Shown piece after piece: positions 43,955 through 60,180 of a stretch of 64,000 bases of DNA (its first letter is position 1; every line of letters starts with the position of its first letter). The stretch covers positions 18,833,881 through 18,897,880 of the forward strand of contig JARFYF010000022.1 of the NCBI GenBank assembly GCA_030265395.1, read 5' to 3'. Made by a program: the position numbers and the translations under genes. The DNA is from Rhina ancylostomus. Taxonomy: Eukaryota. The notes under the pieces are model-generated. The model was not told the origin of the DNA, did no database searches, and saw nothing but the letters and a program-made list of their open reading frames with translations.

Positions 43955-44457
43955 TCAAGGTACAAATTGGCACTTAAAATTTCATTAAATTTCTGCTTCA
44001 CAAAACTAAAAGACATCTTAGACAACTTGTATATATTCTGCAACCAGTTTATTGATGCTCAATAAGCAGCCATCTACTTTGTGTCAATAACAAGGTAGAA
44101 GGTTAACTTGCAAGGAAAATATTTAGTACAGACAGGGGAATTCAAAGTAAATTGACTCAATCCAAAGACTAGATGGACTTGGGGACAGTGTGAAGATGCA
44201 AATTACCATAAATTAAAATGTACTGAAAACAGCTTTGGTCAGAAATTTCAGTAACAAAGTTCAAATTAGTTGAAAATATATCTGCATAACAGGACAGTAG
44301 AGTGACAGAGAACCAATTTTGAGGGGCAAAGAAAAACCCTTAAAACAAATGGAGAATTTGAGATCAGAACCCAAAATAATATGCCTCAAAACTCTGAAGT
44401 GATAGACTTAACTAGTCTAGAACATTCACCAATGTAATCTAAACATTTTTAGTTTTA

Positions 44458-44703
<246 letters not shown>

Positions 44704-45435
44704 CTATAGTGAAGATTAGATTTATTCTTGATCTACAGTCATGGTACTACTAGTTCAGCATAAACAGAAGTGCAAGCTTTGTTTGCCATCTAAATTTGAT
44801 TCAACATGACAAAATTAAGGGACTACATGTGCAATTTCCCTCTTATAGTGTAGTTTAAAAGTATGTTGGATTGCTGCAATTAATACAAGTAACTGCCCTC
44901 TTGAAAATATTGAAAAAATGCAAGGAATTCTGAATATTTAAACATTAGCCAAACTAAGCAATACATTTTTACTTTTGATTGGAAAATTTCCAAATCTTGT
45001 TCACGTAGCAATCCAGAAATTGTGCATACAATTTCAAACTGCTTGACATTTGAGGTCCAAAATTTACATGGTAATTTTTAAGACGAATGCTGTCACCATC
45101 TACGTAGGATTCCCAACCAGGAATGAAAGTAATCATCGACCACTGGACCTATTCCCCATGGAACTGCTACTACGATAGCAATGCAAAATATCTATTGTAA
45201 TTGCCTTCCAAAAACAAATTGGAAATAGTGGTCATTAGAGTACATTAACAGCAATTCCAGACTACAATCTAAGGAAAACCTTATGGCATCAAGAAATTTA
45301 TGAAGAATTCAGCTTAGAATTATTTATCTATCCCATTTTAAGCCAAACAGGTACCATTAATCCAGAATCCTCTGTGCAAGAGATCACAGCTGGAATACCA
45401 TGAAAATATTCAAAAGTAGCAATTTTGAATTTTCA

Positions 45436-45720
<285 letters not shown>

Positions 45721-45985
45721 TCAAGTCATCTGCTCGATATCCATAATCATTATGAAAATGCATTTTAAATTGTGGGTGGCTAATAGAAGTACATACTCAG
45801 GCCTTTACCACAGTTTACAAATACAATTTGACTAGAATACTTGGCAGTTTGAACCCCATTCCTTAACCTGCAGTCTTCTCACTATTTTTCCCATTGTTCA
45901 ATATACTTGAGATATGGTGATTATTTTACATTGGTCAGATTTCAAGGCAATGGTTTATGGCTAAATTCACAATTTGGGAACTCAC

Positions 45986-46119
45986 CCTATATCTGTTCTT
46001 GGTAAGAGATCTTGAACATTTCCATTCTCTTCATCATCTTGTTCTTCGGTTGCTTCTTCTTCATCAGCATCATACTTAACCACTCTTCTAATGGGAGCAG
46101 GAGGAGTTTGCCCCTGCAT
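45986..46119 (-). CDS. CKAP5: CKAP5 exon 21: MQGQTPPAPIRRVVKYDADEEE...VQDLLPRTDIG
   Basis: Manual translation; cag acceptor, gtgagt donor; 134 nt. Confidence 0.94.
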
Positions 46120-46169
46120 CTGTAAAAGTAGGATTTAAATGCTCACTGAGATCTGATTTTATTCTTTTA

Positions 46170-46349
<180 letters not shown>

Positions 46350-46427
46350 CTACAGAAACGGATCGAAAACAAAATTAATTTGGAAACCATTTAAATAGAA
46401 ACAAACAGATCAAACAGTTTTACTCAC

Positions 46428-46485
46428 AGGGTTTGTTGCAGCCAAAGCAGTTTTCACATGACTGATGAAAGCTTTAACATTGAGC
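46428..46485 (-). CDS. CKAP5: CKAP5 exon 19: LNVKAFISHVKTALAATNP
   Basis: Manual translation; cag acceptor, gtgagt donor; 58 nt. Confidence 0.94.
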
Positions 46486-46748
46486 CTGCAAAAAAAAATT
46501 GTTAGACTCAATATAACTGAGAATTCCAAAGTTATTTCTAGTTTTGATCAAAAGCATTTTTAATTAAGTTGCTAATAAATTTTAGCATCAACAATATGTA
46601 CAATTTTAAAACGAAGTTCAATTTTGTTTTTAAATATTGAACTATCTGGTTTAATATATTCTACAATTTGGTAATGAACTCAAAACACAATTTAAGCAGT
46701 TAAAACAGATAATTGTAGATCTACTCAAGAGCTGAAAAATAAACATAC

Positions 46749-46873
<125 letters not shown>

Positions 46874-48321
46874 TCAATACACTTGCTTTCAAACTCTGAA
46901 CATTAGATCATGTGCAGATCCAAACTGTATTTAAATATCACCTATAGTCCTTTTTTTTTGTAAAAATCAATACACACGAGTCTTACAGTAAATATTAGAT
47001 CTTCAAATGCTCATGCCCCACAAACATTTGTCATGCATAAAGCTGGAAATTATCCCTTTTGCCGAATTACAATGCTAAGATTTCTCCATTCCATTCACAG
47101 GTGTGCACTGTACAACTTAAGCAGCAGAAATTTAGACCATGCAACAGTAAAACTACCTGCACAGCTTTAAGACCTTGAGTACCATCTAGGCAAGAGCTCC
47201 TTATGCAAATGACTCCATGGTTTCCAATTGTTATTTCATTAGACTTAGGTTAGAAGCCAGATGTCTAAATATTTCAAAATTTCCCAACTATGGAATTCCT
47301 GAAATTAGAGCCCACTTAAAATAATTTTAAGACAGGAGAGTAGTCATCAGGTATTCCCTATGAACATAGGTATGAGGAAAAGACCACACATCCTCTTAAA
47401 CCTGCTACTATCATTTGATAGGATCACAGCTGAGCCAAATGCAACCTCAACTCTGCATTTTCAATATCTGCAGAATGTCAACCTCTATCTTAAAAATAAC
47501 CATTCTTCACCTACTTTTTCCAGGAAGAATGCCAAAGACTCACCACCCTCAGAATTTTCTTCCCCTCAGTCTTAAACATCTGGTCCACGTTCACCCTGAC
47601 AGAACCCATTATAATCTTATATTTCAATATGGCTTAGTTCACCATTTATTCCGTTACTCCCAATTTCTTCGAGGCCTAACTTTTCCCTTTAAAAAATTTA
47701 TATATATGAAGAATGTTTTCTTAAGATATTCAATTTCAGAAGTATTTCTATTTATATACAAGGACTTCAACTCTGCACAAGTAAATAATTACTGAAAGCA
47801 ACGTGGATTTTATCTACACACAAGGACTCTAGACTTTGCTGTCAGTTAGACTAAATTAAATCAAATGCTGACAATGTCATTACAAGAAAAATAAGCAGGT
47901 TATACAAATTCATTCTGATCCTATATCACCTAGAATTACTTGTTGTCTGGGCCTAAATGTTTAAGTTTTTAGGTCCAAAGTTCTTCACTTCAGTCCTCGT
48001 GTTCAATTGAATGGCTTTTTTCCTGGAATGCCCATCATGAAGTTCTGCTGCGCATATCAACAGAATATTTAGTTGCCACTTTTAAATGGCTCATTGTTAA
48101 TCTCCAAGTCGTTTCTCAGACTTTTCCAGTTGGTCTTTCCTTAGCTAAAATCTGCTCAGTTTTCTCCCACTCCCCCCACCAACTCCACTGTTCCACTAAT
48201 GTGCAAGAGTCATTGAAATGCAGCAATTTTTCTGCACTGATGGTAAATGAGTTGTTACATTTATACAGTCTGCATTTTACATTTAAATTTTGCCTCCAAT
48301 TAAATAGAAGTATGGGACCTA

Positions 48322-48555
<234 letters not shown>

Positions 48556-48810
48556 TTAACTGAAATCGCAAACATCAACTACCATCTTAAGTTTCACAGC
48601 AAAGATAATAGAGTACTCTCTCACGATCTAAATTAACCTAATGAAAAAATGATGGGAATGACAGGGAGGAAAAGGAGTGAACCTGGCTTTCATGCCCTGG
48701 TCATAACTGAGCTATACCAACGAGAAAGCCCAAAATTTTAGAAACATTTTGCTAAAATTTTCTGAAGGAACATATCTACAACTCAAAAGGGTGCTGATTT
48801 TAAATAATCA

Positions 48811-48966
<156 letters not shown>

Positions 48967-49779
48967 TCATTGCAACATTCTGAACCATTAAATAAAAATT
49001 TAGGGAGTAAGTTACCCACTTTTTGTTTTGGCTCTGGATGTAATTTTTATTTGATACTTTTAGAAACATTAATTATATCAACAAAACACCAGGTCAGATC
49101 TAGATGATAAAATGGGAAAATGTACATATTAAATTATCTTGTAGGTAAATCAGTGTGAGGGTTGCACGGAAGAAAAGAAATCCTAAGGGGTAATCCCAGG
49201 AACTACTATTGATAGCTCTCTTATTCACTTATTGTATTTAATAAAATGTGTACTTAATTCAGGAAAAGTTGATATATCCTTTATAGCAGCAATTCTTCTA
49301 ATTAAAATATGAATTACACAGAGCACAAAACTGGGCAACTTGATCCCTAGGTAAATTTAATTTCATTCCTTTAATATGGTTCAATAACATCTTTAACTGA
49401 TTGGTTGCTATATCAGATCTTTTACTGACTTTACATCACCATACAAATAACAATGTGAAAATTTGAGGGGCTGAAAGTATGAATTGTTGTTGGTCATTAA
49501 CACTGGTATGGCAGAGGATTGTATACACATGATATTCTGAAAAAATGCTATTTATCAAATATAAACAAAAACAATCTGCAAAAAAACATTAAAAGAGCAC
49601 ATAAATTAACTAAGCTTGTAATACCCAAGCTCTTCAGAGTATAAAAAGGGAATTAGATAGACAATGAATCAAGTTATCAATGAATAACGCACATTTCCGA
49701 AGTGAGGTGTAGCTTCCAATACAGAAACCAACAAGTCTCTAAACTTGAGTTGTAGTATGGAATCAAATTTCCATTAACA

Positions 49780-50235
49780 TCGTTCCCATGTTTGCTATAT
49801 TAAACCATTCCCTGGGCAGGAGGTGCCTCTAAACAGGGTCCTCAAACTGTTTTTGTACAAATTCTTCTATAGTCTTACCCTCTATTTCAAATCTTCTCCA
49901 GACCTATAGTGCTCCATGATGTGCACAAGTACAATTTGGATTAGTACAAATTTGAAATTAATCACTCCACCACAAGCTGCAATGCCTTCAAATGACAGAG
50001 TGAAAAACTGTTGGAAAATATCTAACAGTATATAGTTCTGGTTAGATCTGGAATTCCCTCCGCAAACCTTTGTGTCTCTACTTTACTCAGACACTTTATA
50101 ATCCCTAATCAAGCCTCCAACCATCCACCTGAGTACCTTCTTTTGTGGCCCGATATCATTTTGCTTTGGTTGATGACACAGCTGTGAAAAACCACAGTAT
50201 TTGCTATATTAAGGACTTTAATATGGAAGTTGTTA
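49780..50235 (+). mobile_element. L2-like LINE 3' fragment
   Basis: ctggaattccctccgcaaacc (WNSLP) and tail ttgctatattaaggactttaatatggaagttgtt. Confidence 0.55.
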
Positions 50236-50569
50236 ACTACTACAAAAAGGAATATCACCATACCAAGACTAGTATATGTATTTCATCACTTTTAATCAAA
50301 TAGATTTAACACCTTTTGAAAATATTAAGAAGTTGACAGCAGCCAGTAGTTTTCTTATAATAATAAGAGCTGTACAAATTACAGATACTATCTAATATTT
50401 AACACTAGCTTCAGTGAGGTTTTAGGCTTAACTGATTGTTGAAAACTTCAGCGAAATTAGCATATTGACCTTGCACACCAAAATCAGAAAGGAGGACAGA
50501 ATCTGAGTTCAGTTTTCAAAGTGATAGATTTTTATCTTCAAATATTGCCCCATTTAAAAAGCATGGTTA

Positions 50570-50743
<174 letters not shown>

Positions 50744-51018
50744 TTAAGCATATCAGAAAATACTGACATTTACAAAAAATTTATCAAGTCCTAAAAGGAT
50801 ACAATGGGAACAATGCAGCAGCATAATAATAATTGGTTCAGTGTAGGATTTGGGAGTACAACATTTTTGATTGACCACCAGCTTAAAAGGGACATTTGAG
50901 AAATAGTCAGTATAAGTCATATTCATTTGATTTCCCACTTCCAAATAATTTCAAACACATCTCCCATATTTAACTTAAAGACAGCAACATCCACTGGTAT
51001 TTAAAAGTTACCACTTAC

Positions 51019-51123
51019 AGCAAGCTCTGGTTCCACCTCTTTAATCTCAGTTCCTTTTTTTCCTTTCCCACTTGGGCCAGAAGGAGGCACTACTGCTTTC
51101 ACTTTTTTGGATGCCCCAACGGA
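51019..51123 (-). CDS. CKAP5: CKAP5 exon 14: SVGASKKVKAVVPPSGPSGKGKKGTEIKEVEPELA
   Basis: Manual translation; tag acceptor, gtaagt donor; 105 nt. Confidence 0.9.
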
Positions 51124-51461
51124 CTATAAAATACCAAGTGAACACAATTCTTAAATGACACAAGTCACTCTAAAATACCTTAACTGGTTCTTAATGATTA
51201 CACTAGCATGGAAGAATTATTAAACAGATAACATTGAAATATTTTCCAACTTTGAAATTTATCACACCCAGCATAAACACTCAAATTAGCTTTATTATAT
51301 CCAATAGGCAAGTGTGCAAAGTAATCATGCATCAATACAGAATGCGAATCTACCTGAAGTTATTACATAGCAAGGATGTTAAAACTACAACAAGCTTACA
51401 ACTACATTATTTGGGACAACTGGAAAGAATAAAAAGCTTGATTAAATATTTAAATCATTAC

Positions 51462-51635
51462 CTTGCCTGCAGGTGGTTTCTTTGACTGCCCGGCAGCTTT
51501 GGTTGTAGAGCTATCAACTTTGTCTCCACTGCTTGAAGATGAACAGACCTTTCCTGATGCTCCAGCCTTTCCCTCTTTCGATGCATTACTTTTTTTCCCA
51601 TGAACAAGTTCTACTTTATCTGAAGATTCTTTAAT
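51462..51635 (-). CDS. CKAP5: CKAP5 exon 13: IKESSDKVELVHGKK...KKPPAGK (basic linker)
   Basis: ORF 51450..51650; cag acceptor, gtaatg donor; 174 nt. Confidence 0.92.
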
Positions 51636-52993
51636 CTGAAATGGCAACAAACATGTTGCAAATTATGAAGAACAATATTGAAAGGCACAATGTGGTATCA
51701 GGTCTGATCTTACACCACCTCAAAACAGCTTCAGCTCAAGGTACACTACTAACTCCCTCAACGCTTCTGCCATATGGCAGATTTATTTTTATGGCAAATT
51801 TACCCAGAATTATTCCACATCTCTTCATTCCTTGATCCAACTATAATCTTGCTATCTTTAAATGTGGAGGGTTCAGTGTACTGAAAGCAGAATTTGCACT
51901 GAAAGCAGCGGAAAGTGAAAGAAGATTCTACATCTCTGCATTTTCACCAGGACAAATTGTTCCTTTATCACATTCTAGACCTTAATGATTGTTATCATAG
52001 TTGTTTCTTGGTTATTCAAGCCCAGAATTCTGCCAAATGAAGAATTTTCTATTTATCTTGCTGGATTCCTTTTATGAATATAAAATTTATACATCTTCAC
52101 GAGATTACCTCAACCTTCCAAACCAGGAATTACATAGTCTGTATAATTTAACCTATTGGCTAGCAAATCTACATCATTCTTCCTACAAAGCTAACCTGGA
52201 GGCTTGATGCTCACTCAAAACTCCAAGATGACCAGGGTGCCATATAATTAAGTACGTTTTCAAAATTTAGCTACCATGAAAGAAGCGAGCAGTAGATTAG
52301 CATTTTGATTTTTTCACCTACCATTGCCATGCCTCACCCTCAAATAGCATTTCATAAACTTCATGCATGAATACCCAAATACCCTTCCTCGTTCAGCTTC
52401 AACAGTCCCACATCAAGCAAGAATTCTCATCCATTTTAACAGAAACCGAAGTGGCCATTACTTTCCCAGAATTAATAGACTACCTGCTCAGCTTGTGGAT
52501 AATGCTCTATTGCTGTCCATTTCCAAAAGCAAAACTTATTATGCCCCTTGAAACTTGCAGCCCTCTGCTTCTTCCTCCAAAACAAAGCTGAGATTTCAAA
52601 CTCAAGGAATATAAAAAAATCCATTCATACATTCTGCATCCTATCCAATAACTCTGCAACTGTCACAAGGTTTCTTCAATTCCACACATTTGTTTTTATA
52701 TTGAATTAAACAACTTCCTAAATTTGTGTGCCATCTTATCAAATCCTTTCCAGTAGTAGTTAATATACACAAACTCTTCTTAGGTAGTTATTCAGGATCA
52801 AAAAACAGAATGGGGACAGTTCTGAGGCAGCTAATGAAATCATTAGGGTAGAGCAGGTATCGCCTGACAAGTAGTTTTGTGAAGAGGCACACTTTTGTCA
52901 ATTTTGTAGGACACCCACGTGCTCCTTATCCATGGATTTGAAATTCTCAATTCTATCACAAATGCTTCTTCTCCACTTAGAGNNNNNNNNNNA

Positions 52994-53385
52994 GTCCATG
53001 GGCCAGAGATCCCCAAAAGTCAGTGGGGATACTGCAAACCTTTTCCTGTCCATGTGGTAATCTCTCTGCATGGCAGTGTTCAGAAGAGTGTTTGCTTAAG
53101 AACTCTAGTGACATGCATGTAACTAGTTTCACTCAATATGGGCAATGTTGGCCTGGACACAACACAGACATTGTTTCATTTATTGTTCCAGTGAATTTGG
53201 TGGATTTTGCAGAGAAGGTATTGGTGGCACCTTTCAATGTTTTGAGATTCTTTTTCTGGGTAGTCCCAGTCTCAGAAGCCTACAGCAGAGTTCACTTCTG
53301 CCTGGAAGACCCTGTGTTTTGTGCCAGGTCTAAGGCCTTGTGCCAAATGACTCACCAACTTTCTGGCAGCAAGGGGCAAACTACT
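52994..53385 (-). mobile_element. RTE-clade LINE 3' fragment
   Basis: Minus strand reads LL*ASETGT..KNLKTL(K)..HQYLLCKIHQIHW....NVCV, matching RTE post-RT motifs; frameshifted. Confidence 0.75.
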
Positions 53386-53461
53386 TAAAATAACAAATTA
53401 TTCTACACCTAATTTACAAGTTTAATTGTGAAACCTTACGATTTCAAAATGTGAAAAGTTA

Positions 53462-53629
<168 letters not shown>

Positions 53630-53736
53630 TTATATTAGTTTTATGGGATCACAAATAAAATGTTTTAAAATAATTGAAACAATGTATTTCCTTAATGAAA
53701 CAAACAAGATTTTGAAATGAAATCACAAAAGATTCA

Positions 53737-53925
<189 letters not shown>

Positions 53926-54149
53926 CTAAATCCATACAGGTCATTAAAATAGTTGCACATTCCTGTAATTCTTCAACAAAATTTTGCCAGCATATTCTTC
54001 TTATGCAAAACTTTAAGTTAATAGAGAAAATATTATTCTGTCATGCCAGTAGCTTCAATGATGCGAGAGAGCACAATGTTCAGCTTTCAGATTATGCCAC
54101 AGGACCTCCACTCCCAACTCCCCCCCCACCACAAAAGCCACCAGGACAT

Positions 54150-56704
54150 TGAGGAACAGATATGCAGGTAGATTTGGGAAAGGTGTAAAGTAGGTTCGTT
54201 GTAGTGGAGGACTTCAACTTCCCTAATATGAACTGGGACCTCCTTAGTGCAAGAGGTTTAGACAGGGTAGAATTTATGAGGTGCATCCAGGAGGGTTTCT
54301 TAAATCAATATATAGATAGTCCAACGAGGAGGGACTGTACGGGACCTGGTGTTGGGTAATGAGCTTGGCCAGGTGACCAACCTTTCACTGAGAGAACAGT
54401 TAAGGAGTTGTGCTCACAGTTCTCTAAGTTTTAAGATAGCTATAGACAAGGATAAGTAGGGACCTTGTGGGAGAGTATTAAATTGGAGCAGGGCAAATTA
54501 CAAGAGCATTAGGTATGAACTAGGGAGGGTTAATTGGGAATAGCTGTTCTTGGTCAAGTCCACATCTGACACATGTAGGGTGTTTAAAGACCAACTGCAC
54601 AGAATATAGGTCAGGAATGTTCCACTAGGAAGAACAAGGATGACAAGGTAAGCAAACCTTGGATGTTGAGAGCGGTGGTGAATTTAGTCAAGAAAAAAGG
54701 AAAAGGAAAAGTATATATAGCTTAGGAAGCTAGGATCAAACAGAGCACTTGAGTATTATAAAGAAGCCAGAAAAGAACTCAAGAAGGGAATTAGGAAAAG
54801 CCAGAAGGGGCTAAGTACTTGGTATTCTATACATACATCAAGAGCAAAAGGATAACTAGGGAGAAGGTAGAACCACTCAAGGATAAAGGAGGTATCATAT
54901 CCTTGGAAGCAGAGGATGCGGGTGAGGTCCTTAATGAGTATTTTCCATCAGTATTCACTGAGAAGAACATGGAGGATAGGGAGATCAGTGTGGAGCATGC
55001 TAATATACTAGGACATTTTGAGATACAGAAGGACCTAGTGTCAGGTCTCTTGAAAAAGCATAAAGTCCCCAGGGCCTGATGGGATATATCCCAGGTTACT
55101 GAGAGGGGCAACAGATGAGATTGCTGGGGCCTTGACCAATATCTCGTGTCCTCTCTAGCAAGGTCCCAGAGGGCTGGCGAGTAGCTAACATTGTTCCATT
55201 ATTCAAGGGAACAGGGATAATCCCGGTAACTACAGACTGGCGAGTCTCACATTAGTAGTAGGGAAGTTACTGGAGAGGATTCTTAAGGATAGGATTTGTG
55301 CACTGGAAAAACCATAGCCCAATTAGGGACAGTCAGTATGGTTTTGTGGAGGGCAAGTCTTACCGTACTAACTTGATTTGAGTTTTTGACAACAGTGATT
55401 GATGAAGGTAGAGCTGTGGACGTTACCTACGTGGATTTTAGTAAGGCATTTGACAAGGTCCCTCATGGAAGGCTCACCCAAATTATGATGCATGGGATCC
55501 ATGGTGAATTGGCCGTTTGGATTCAGAACTGGCTTGCCCATAGAAGACAGAGGGTAGTGGTCAATGGGACTTATTCTAGCNNNNNNNNNNNNNNNNNNNN
55601 NNNNNNNNNNNNNNNNNNNNNNNNNNNNNNNNNNNNNNNNNNNNNNNNNNNNNNNNNNNNNNNNNNNNNNNNNNNNNNNNTGGAGATCTGTGACTAGTGG
55701 TGTTCCTCAGGGATCTGTACTGGGATCTCTGCTATTTATGTACAAAAATGGTCTGGACAAAAATGTGGATGGGTGAGTTAATAAGTTTGTAGGTGATACA
55801 AAGACTGGCAGTGTTGTGGATAACGGAGAAGACTGGCAAAGGATAGAGCAGGATATAGATTAGTTGCAGATATGGGCTGAGAAATGGCAGATGGAATTCA
55901 ACCCAGCTAAATGTGAAGTGTTGCACCTTGGGAGATCAGATGTAAAGAAACAGTACACAGTTAAAGGCAAGGTCCTTAACAATGTTGATGAGCAGAGGGA
56001 TCTTGAAGTCAAGTTCATAGCTCCCTGAAAGTGGCTACACAGGTTGATGGGGCAGTAAAGGCGGCATATGGCATGTTTGCCTTCATTAGTCGAGACACTG
56101 AGGTCAAGAGTCAGGAAGTTACTCTGTAACTTTATAAAACTTTAATTAGGCTGCATCTGGAGTACTGCATTCAGTTCTAGTTGCCCCATTATAGGATGTG
56201 GTGGCTTTGGAGAGGGTGCAGAAGAGGTTCACCAAGATGCTGCCTGGATTAGAGGGCATGTGTTATGAGGATAGGTTGGACAAACTTGGGTTGTTTTCTC
56301 TAGAGCAGCAGAGGCTGAGGGGAGATCTGATAGATGTTTATACGAGAAGCATAGAAATAGACAGTCAGTAAACTTTTCCCCAGGGTTGAAATGTCTAATA
56401 CCAGATAGCATGCATTTAAGGTGACGGGGGTAAGTTCAAAGGAGATGTGGAGGACAGGTGTTTTTTTTAAGAAAGAGTGGTGGGTGCCTGGAAGGCGCTG
56501 CCTGGGATGGTGGTGGAGGCAAATACGATAGAGGCATTCAAGAAGTTCTTAGATAGGCACATGAATGTGAGGGAAATGCTAGGATATCAACATTCTGTAG
56601 GCAGAAGAGATTAGTCGAGTTGGACATTTTATTAATAATGTAATTGGTTCAGCACAATGTTGTGGGCTGAAGGACCTGTTCCTGTGCTGTACTGTTCTAT
56701 GTTC
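54150..56704 (+). mobile_element. 5'-truncated CR1 (HER1-like) LINE, about 2.55 kb, with disrupted ORF2
   Basis: VVVEDFNFPNMNW (endonuclease), FYTYIKSKR, VDVTYVDFSKAFDKVPH, WRSVTSGVPQGSVLG; FADD decayed to FVGD; tail cctgtgctgtactgttctatgttc. Confidence 0.96.
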
Positions 56705-57599
56705 CACTCTAATGAATTCTAAAATTAGACAACGACCATCAAAATTATGATGGTGGAACAAGTGTTAAACAAGTGTTTCCACTAGACAAGCCAAAGAAAC
56801 TGCTGGTATTTATCAAAGTACTTCAGCAATTTTTGAATTGGTAAATGCTCAAGCCAGATTGAAGAAGTTGAAAAACAAAATGCCTAAGATAGAATTTGAG
56901 GTTGAATCTGTGCAGTGTTAGGCAGGACACATTTTCCATGTGCTATCATGTACTTCAATATCATCAGCAGTCACACATTTGAAAAAATTCTAAATGTAGC
57001 TTTATCCAGTTCTAAACAAGCAACGTCCCTGTGGACAATATTTTTTCTACATTATCTCATTCTTCATGCCTTAATTTGGAACTAATGTTTTAATTACAAC
57101 TGTGTGGTAACAATTTATCTTTCTTTCCAATCTAGACTAGCTCCAATTGACAACATAAGTTTTAGGGGCAACATCAAATGCACAATAAAGGTGGGTTAAT
57201 GAACCAACAATTTAGAATAGCATTCCCTACCAGGATGTGTGATGTTGATTTAACTCAATGTCTCAACAGTAACATGCAAGGTATGCTGACATGTAAATAG
57301 TAACATATGGACAATCATGTGATTATGGAGAGGGGCCATGGAATTACTTGACTAGCTAACAGACCTACAGTCTTTTTTAGGAATAATAAGCACTGAAAAA
57401 AAAAAACACCCATTTCAATACACGATGGCTTCACTAGAATTCAAATCTCATGCCAGAAACATTTTTCTATTAGGTCCAATAAAGTCAAATGGCAGTCAAA
57501 ACAGAAGGCTGTTAATTCAAGTCATACTCCAGAAACTCAGGAGCAAAAACAAGTCCGACAACTCCGTGGGGCTAGTTGTAAATACTGGGGGAGTTCTCA

Positions 57600-57699
57600 C
57601 AGAGGGAGGGAAGGGTTAGATAGATCTTAGAGCAGAATAAAATGTCAGCACAACATTGTGGGCCGTAGGGCCTGTACTGTGCTGTAGTGTTCTATGTTC
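57600..57699 (+). mobile_element. Isolated CR1 3' tail, about 100 bp
   Basis: Close match to 32738-32833 (gggagggaagggttag..gatctta.ag...cacaacat.gt...cctgtac.gtgctgt..tgttctatgttc). Confidence 0.85.
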
Positions 57700-58236
57700 G
57701 AGATGTTGAAGCCAATAGCTACTTCCAATACTAAACAAAAATAAAATTAGAAATAGATTTAATCATTATTACACAGTACTGTAGAAACTTTCAGAAAGTC
57801 TAACACATTTGACTGCTTTAGGATATCAGGTGGTCATGAAAAGCACAATATAAACTCAAGTCTGTTTCCCAATTCTTGAGATGATAGAAAGATATCTTGG
57901 ATGCAGAATAGAAGTGCAATCACAAAAATCTAAATGCAGTGTTATACTTAGCTCCAGGAGAGGAAAATGTAAAAAGAACACCAGCCTGTAAAGCAAATAG
58001 CAAAATTTCCACGGTTGCAATAATTGCAAAAGGACAAATACACATGTACTGAGATAGTAAATGTACTGATCAGTTATGATATTGTCAGATGCACTGACAC
58101 AAAAGCAAAGAAAATCCACAAGAAATATGTGGAACTAAAAAGGCAAAGCCGGAACAAGCAACACTGAACACAGAAATTTGACTGCTTTATGCAACAGATT
58201 GGCAACAACTTTAAACATTTCAGCACACATGCCTCA

Positions 58237-58347
<111 letters not shown>

Positions 58348-58352
58348 CTAAA

Positions 58353-58391
58353 AAGATTGAATAAACACAGATTGAATAAAGATTGAATAAA
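58353..58391. repeat. Short tandem repeat agattgaataaa x3 in the exon 10 acceptor region
   Basis: Read directly from the sequence. Confidence 0.8.
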
Positions 58392-58756
58392 CAACTCAAA
58401 CAGATGTTGAACAGGGACAAGTGTTTAACAATGCATCATTACAATTCAAATCTAAATTCACAACATATTCAGGCAGATGACATGACAGCCTGTGGAATAC
58501 GTAAAAAATGTTTGCAGTTCATGGATTAAAACAAAGTCCTAATCCTAACCTGATTGAAAAATGCACACCCAGAAGGATGCTAAAGATGTCCATGGTATTT
58601 GATCCTAATCAACACAAGATTTCAGGAAAAACATTTCATATCATTCATCAGTCACACAAATTTGATTTGGGAAGTGGTCCAACAAGCAAATTAAGATCCT
58701 GTAATTTGTGCATTTACTTGCAACAACCCCAAACACTATTCAATAGTGACACATTA

Positions 58757-58873
<117 letters not shown>

Positions 58874-59289
58874 CTACAGGGAGTTCAAAAAGACAATGTC
58901 AATATTCAGATGCAAAGTACTATTGACTTGGGATCTAAGATAAAAACCAATGCTGGAGATATTCAAAAGCATTTGCAAAGAGGGATGTTGACATCTCAGA
59001 CAGACAACATGAATAAGTGAATAGGATAAGTAGACAAGACATAATATAATTCTTTAATAAAGTGCCGATCCTCACTGGTCACAAACTATGTTAACATTAG
59101 TAATCAATCAAAAATCTGTACATGGCAGAAATATGCAGTAATGCTACAAATAGCTATAGGGATGTTGCATCTGGCAGTTTTGCCAATTTGCTCAAAGTTT
59201 GCTTTGTATCTCAATATGAAATACATACAACCATCCATTTGGTTTGACTCCACTGGGAAAGAGTGCGAGGCAATAAATATGGTAATCTA

Positions 59290-59625
59290 GCTTGGTGGCT
59301 CAATGCAATTGTGAGGGAGTGCAGCACTAGCAGAAGTCAGGGAAGTAGCATTTCTCAGTTGCAACATGAGACGAAGACCTATCCTGCTCTGCTCTCAGGT
59401 GGATTCAAAAGATTCCTTGGCACCATTATATAAAAATATTAATCAGTTATTCAACAGTACCCTGTCAAAATTATTCCTCATTCTACATTATTACACAGAT
59501 TATTGGGCTATCATGTTATTGTTTAAGCAAGTTTGTTGTGCACTGGTTAGTTATGTCTCCTACGTTACAACTCAAATTATTCTTCAAAAATTAAAAGATC
59601 CTTACAAGGATGTAAAAGCATGAAT
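59290..59625 (+). mobile_element. DeuSINE (SacSINE1/AmnSINE1-related) remnant
   Basis: gagggagtgcagcact...ctctcaggtggattcaaaagattccttggcaccatt...acagattat...cctacgttacaac resembles the Deu domain as I recall it. Confidence 0.65.
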
Positions 59626-60021
59626 AATGGTTGATCTTTAAGATTCACATCAACCATAAAAAAAAAATTGGCCAAGAACAGATTTGCCAAAGAAATTTAT
59701 GCACGATAATGATGACAGGTGGCAAAATTCGAAACTCTGAATAAAGCAACCTTTTGCAAAAATGCACATGACAACCTACTTTTACACTTCTGGTTGATTT
59801 TAATCTGAAGATGATATTGTAGTACATCATGTAATATTGCCTCAAAACCAGAACTCAAAATTTAAAATCCAAGGAGATATTTCTCCTTCCCTGAAACCTA
59901 GCACGAGTGAGAAAGTCAATGTAGCAAGGGTGGAAAAGTAGTTTATATTCTTCCAAAAATTCTACTATTAAGATATTTTTACTAAAGAAGATACAGTACA
60001 CAGCAGCAGTGCTTATAGTTA

Positions 60022-60180
<159 letters not shown>

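Noticed and set aside
54150-56704. Reverse-transcriptase ORF fragments as a possible active or domesticated gene
   Set aside because: Multiple frameshifts and stops and a mutated catalytic motif (FVGD) mark an ordinary dead CR1 copy.
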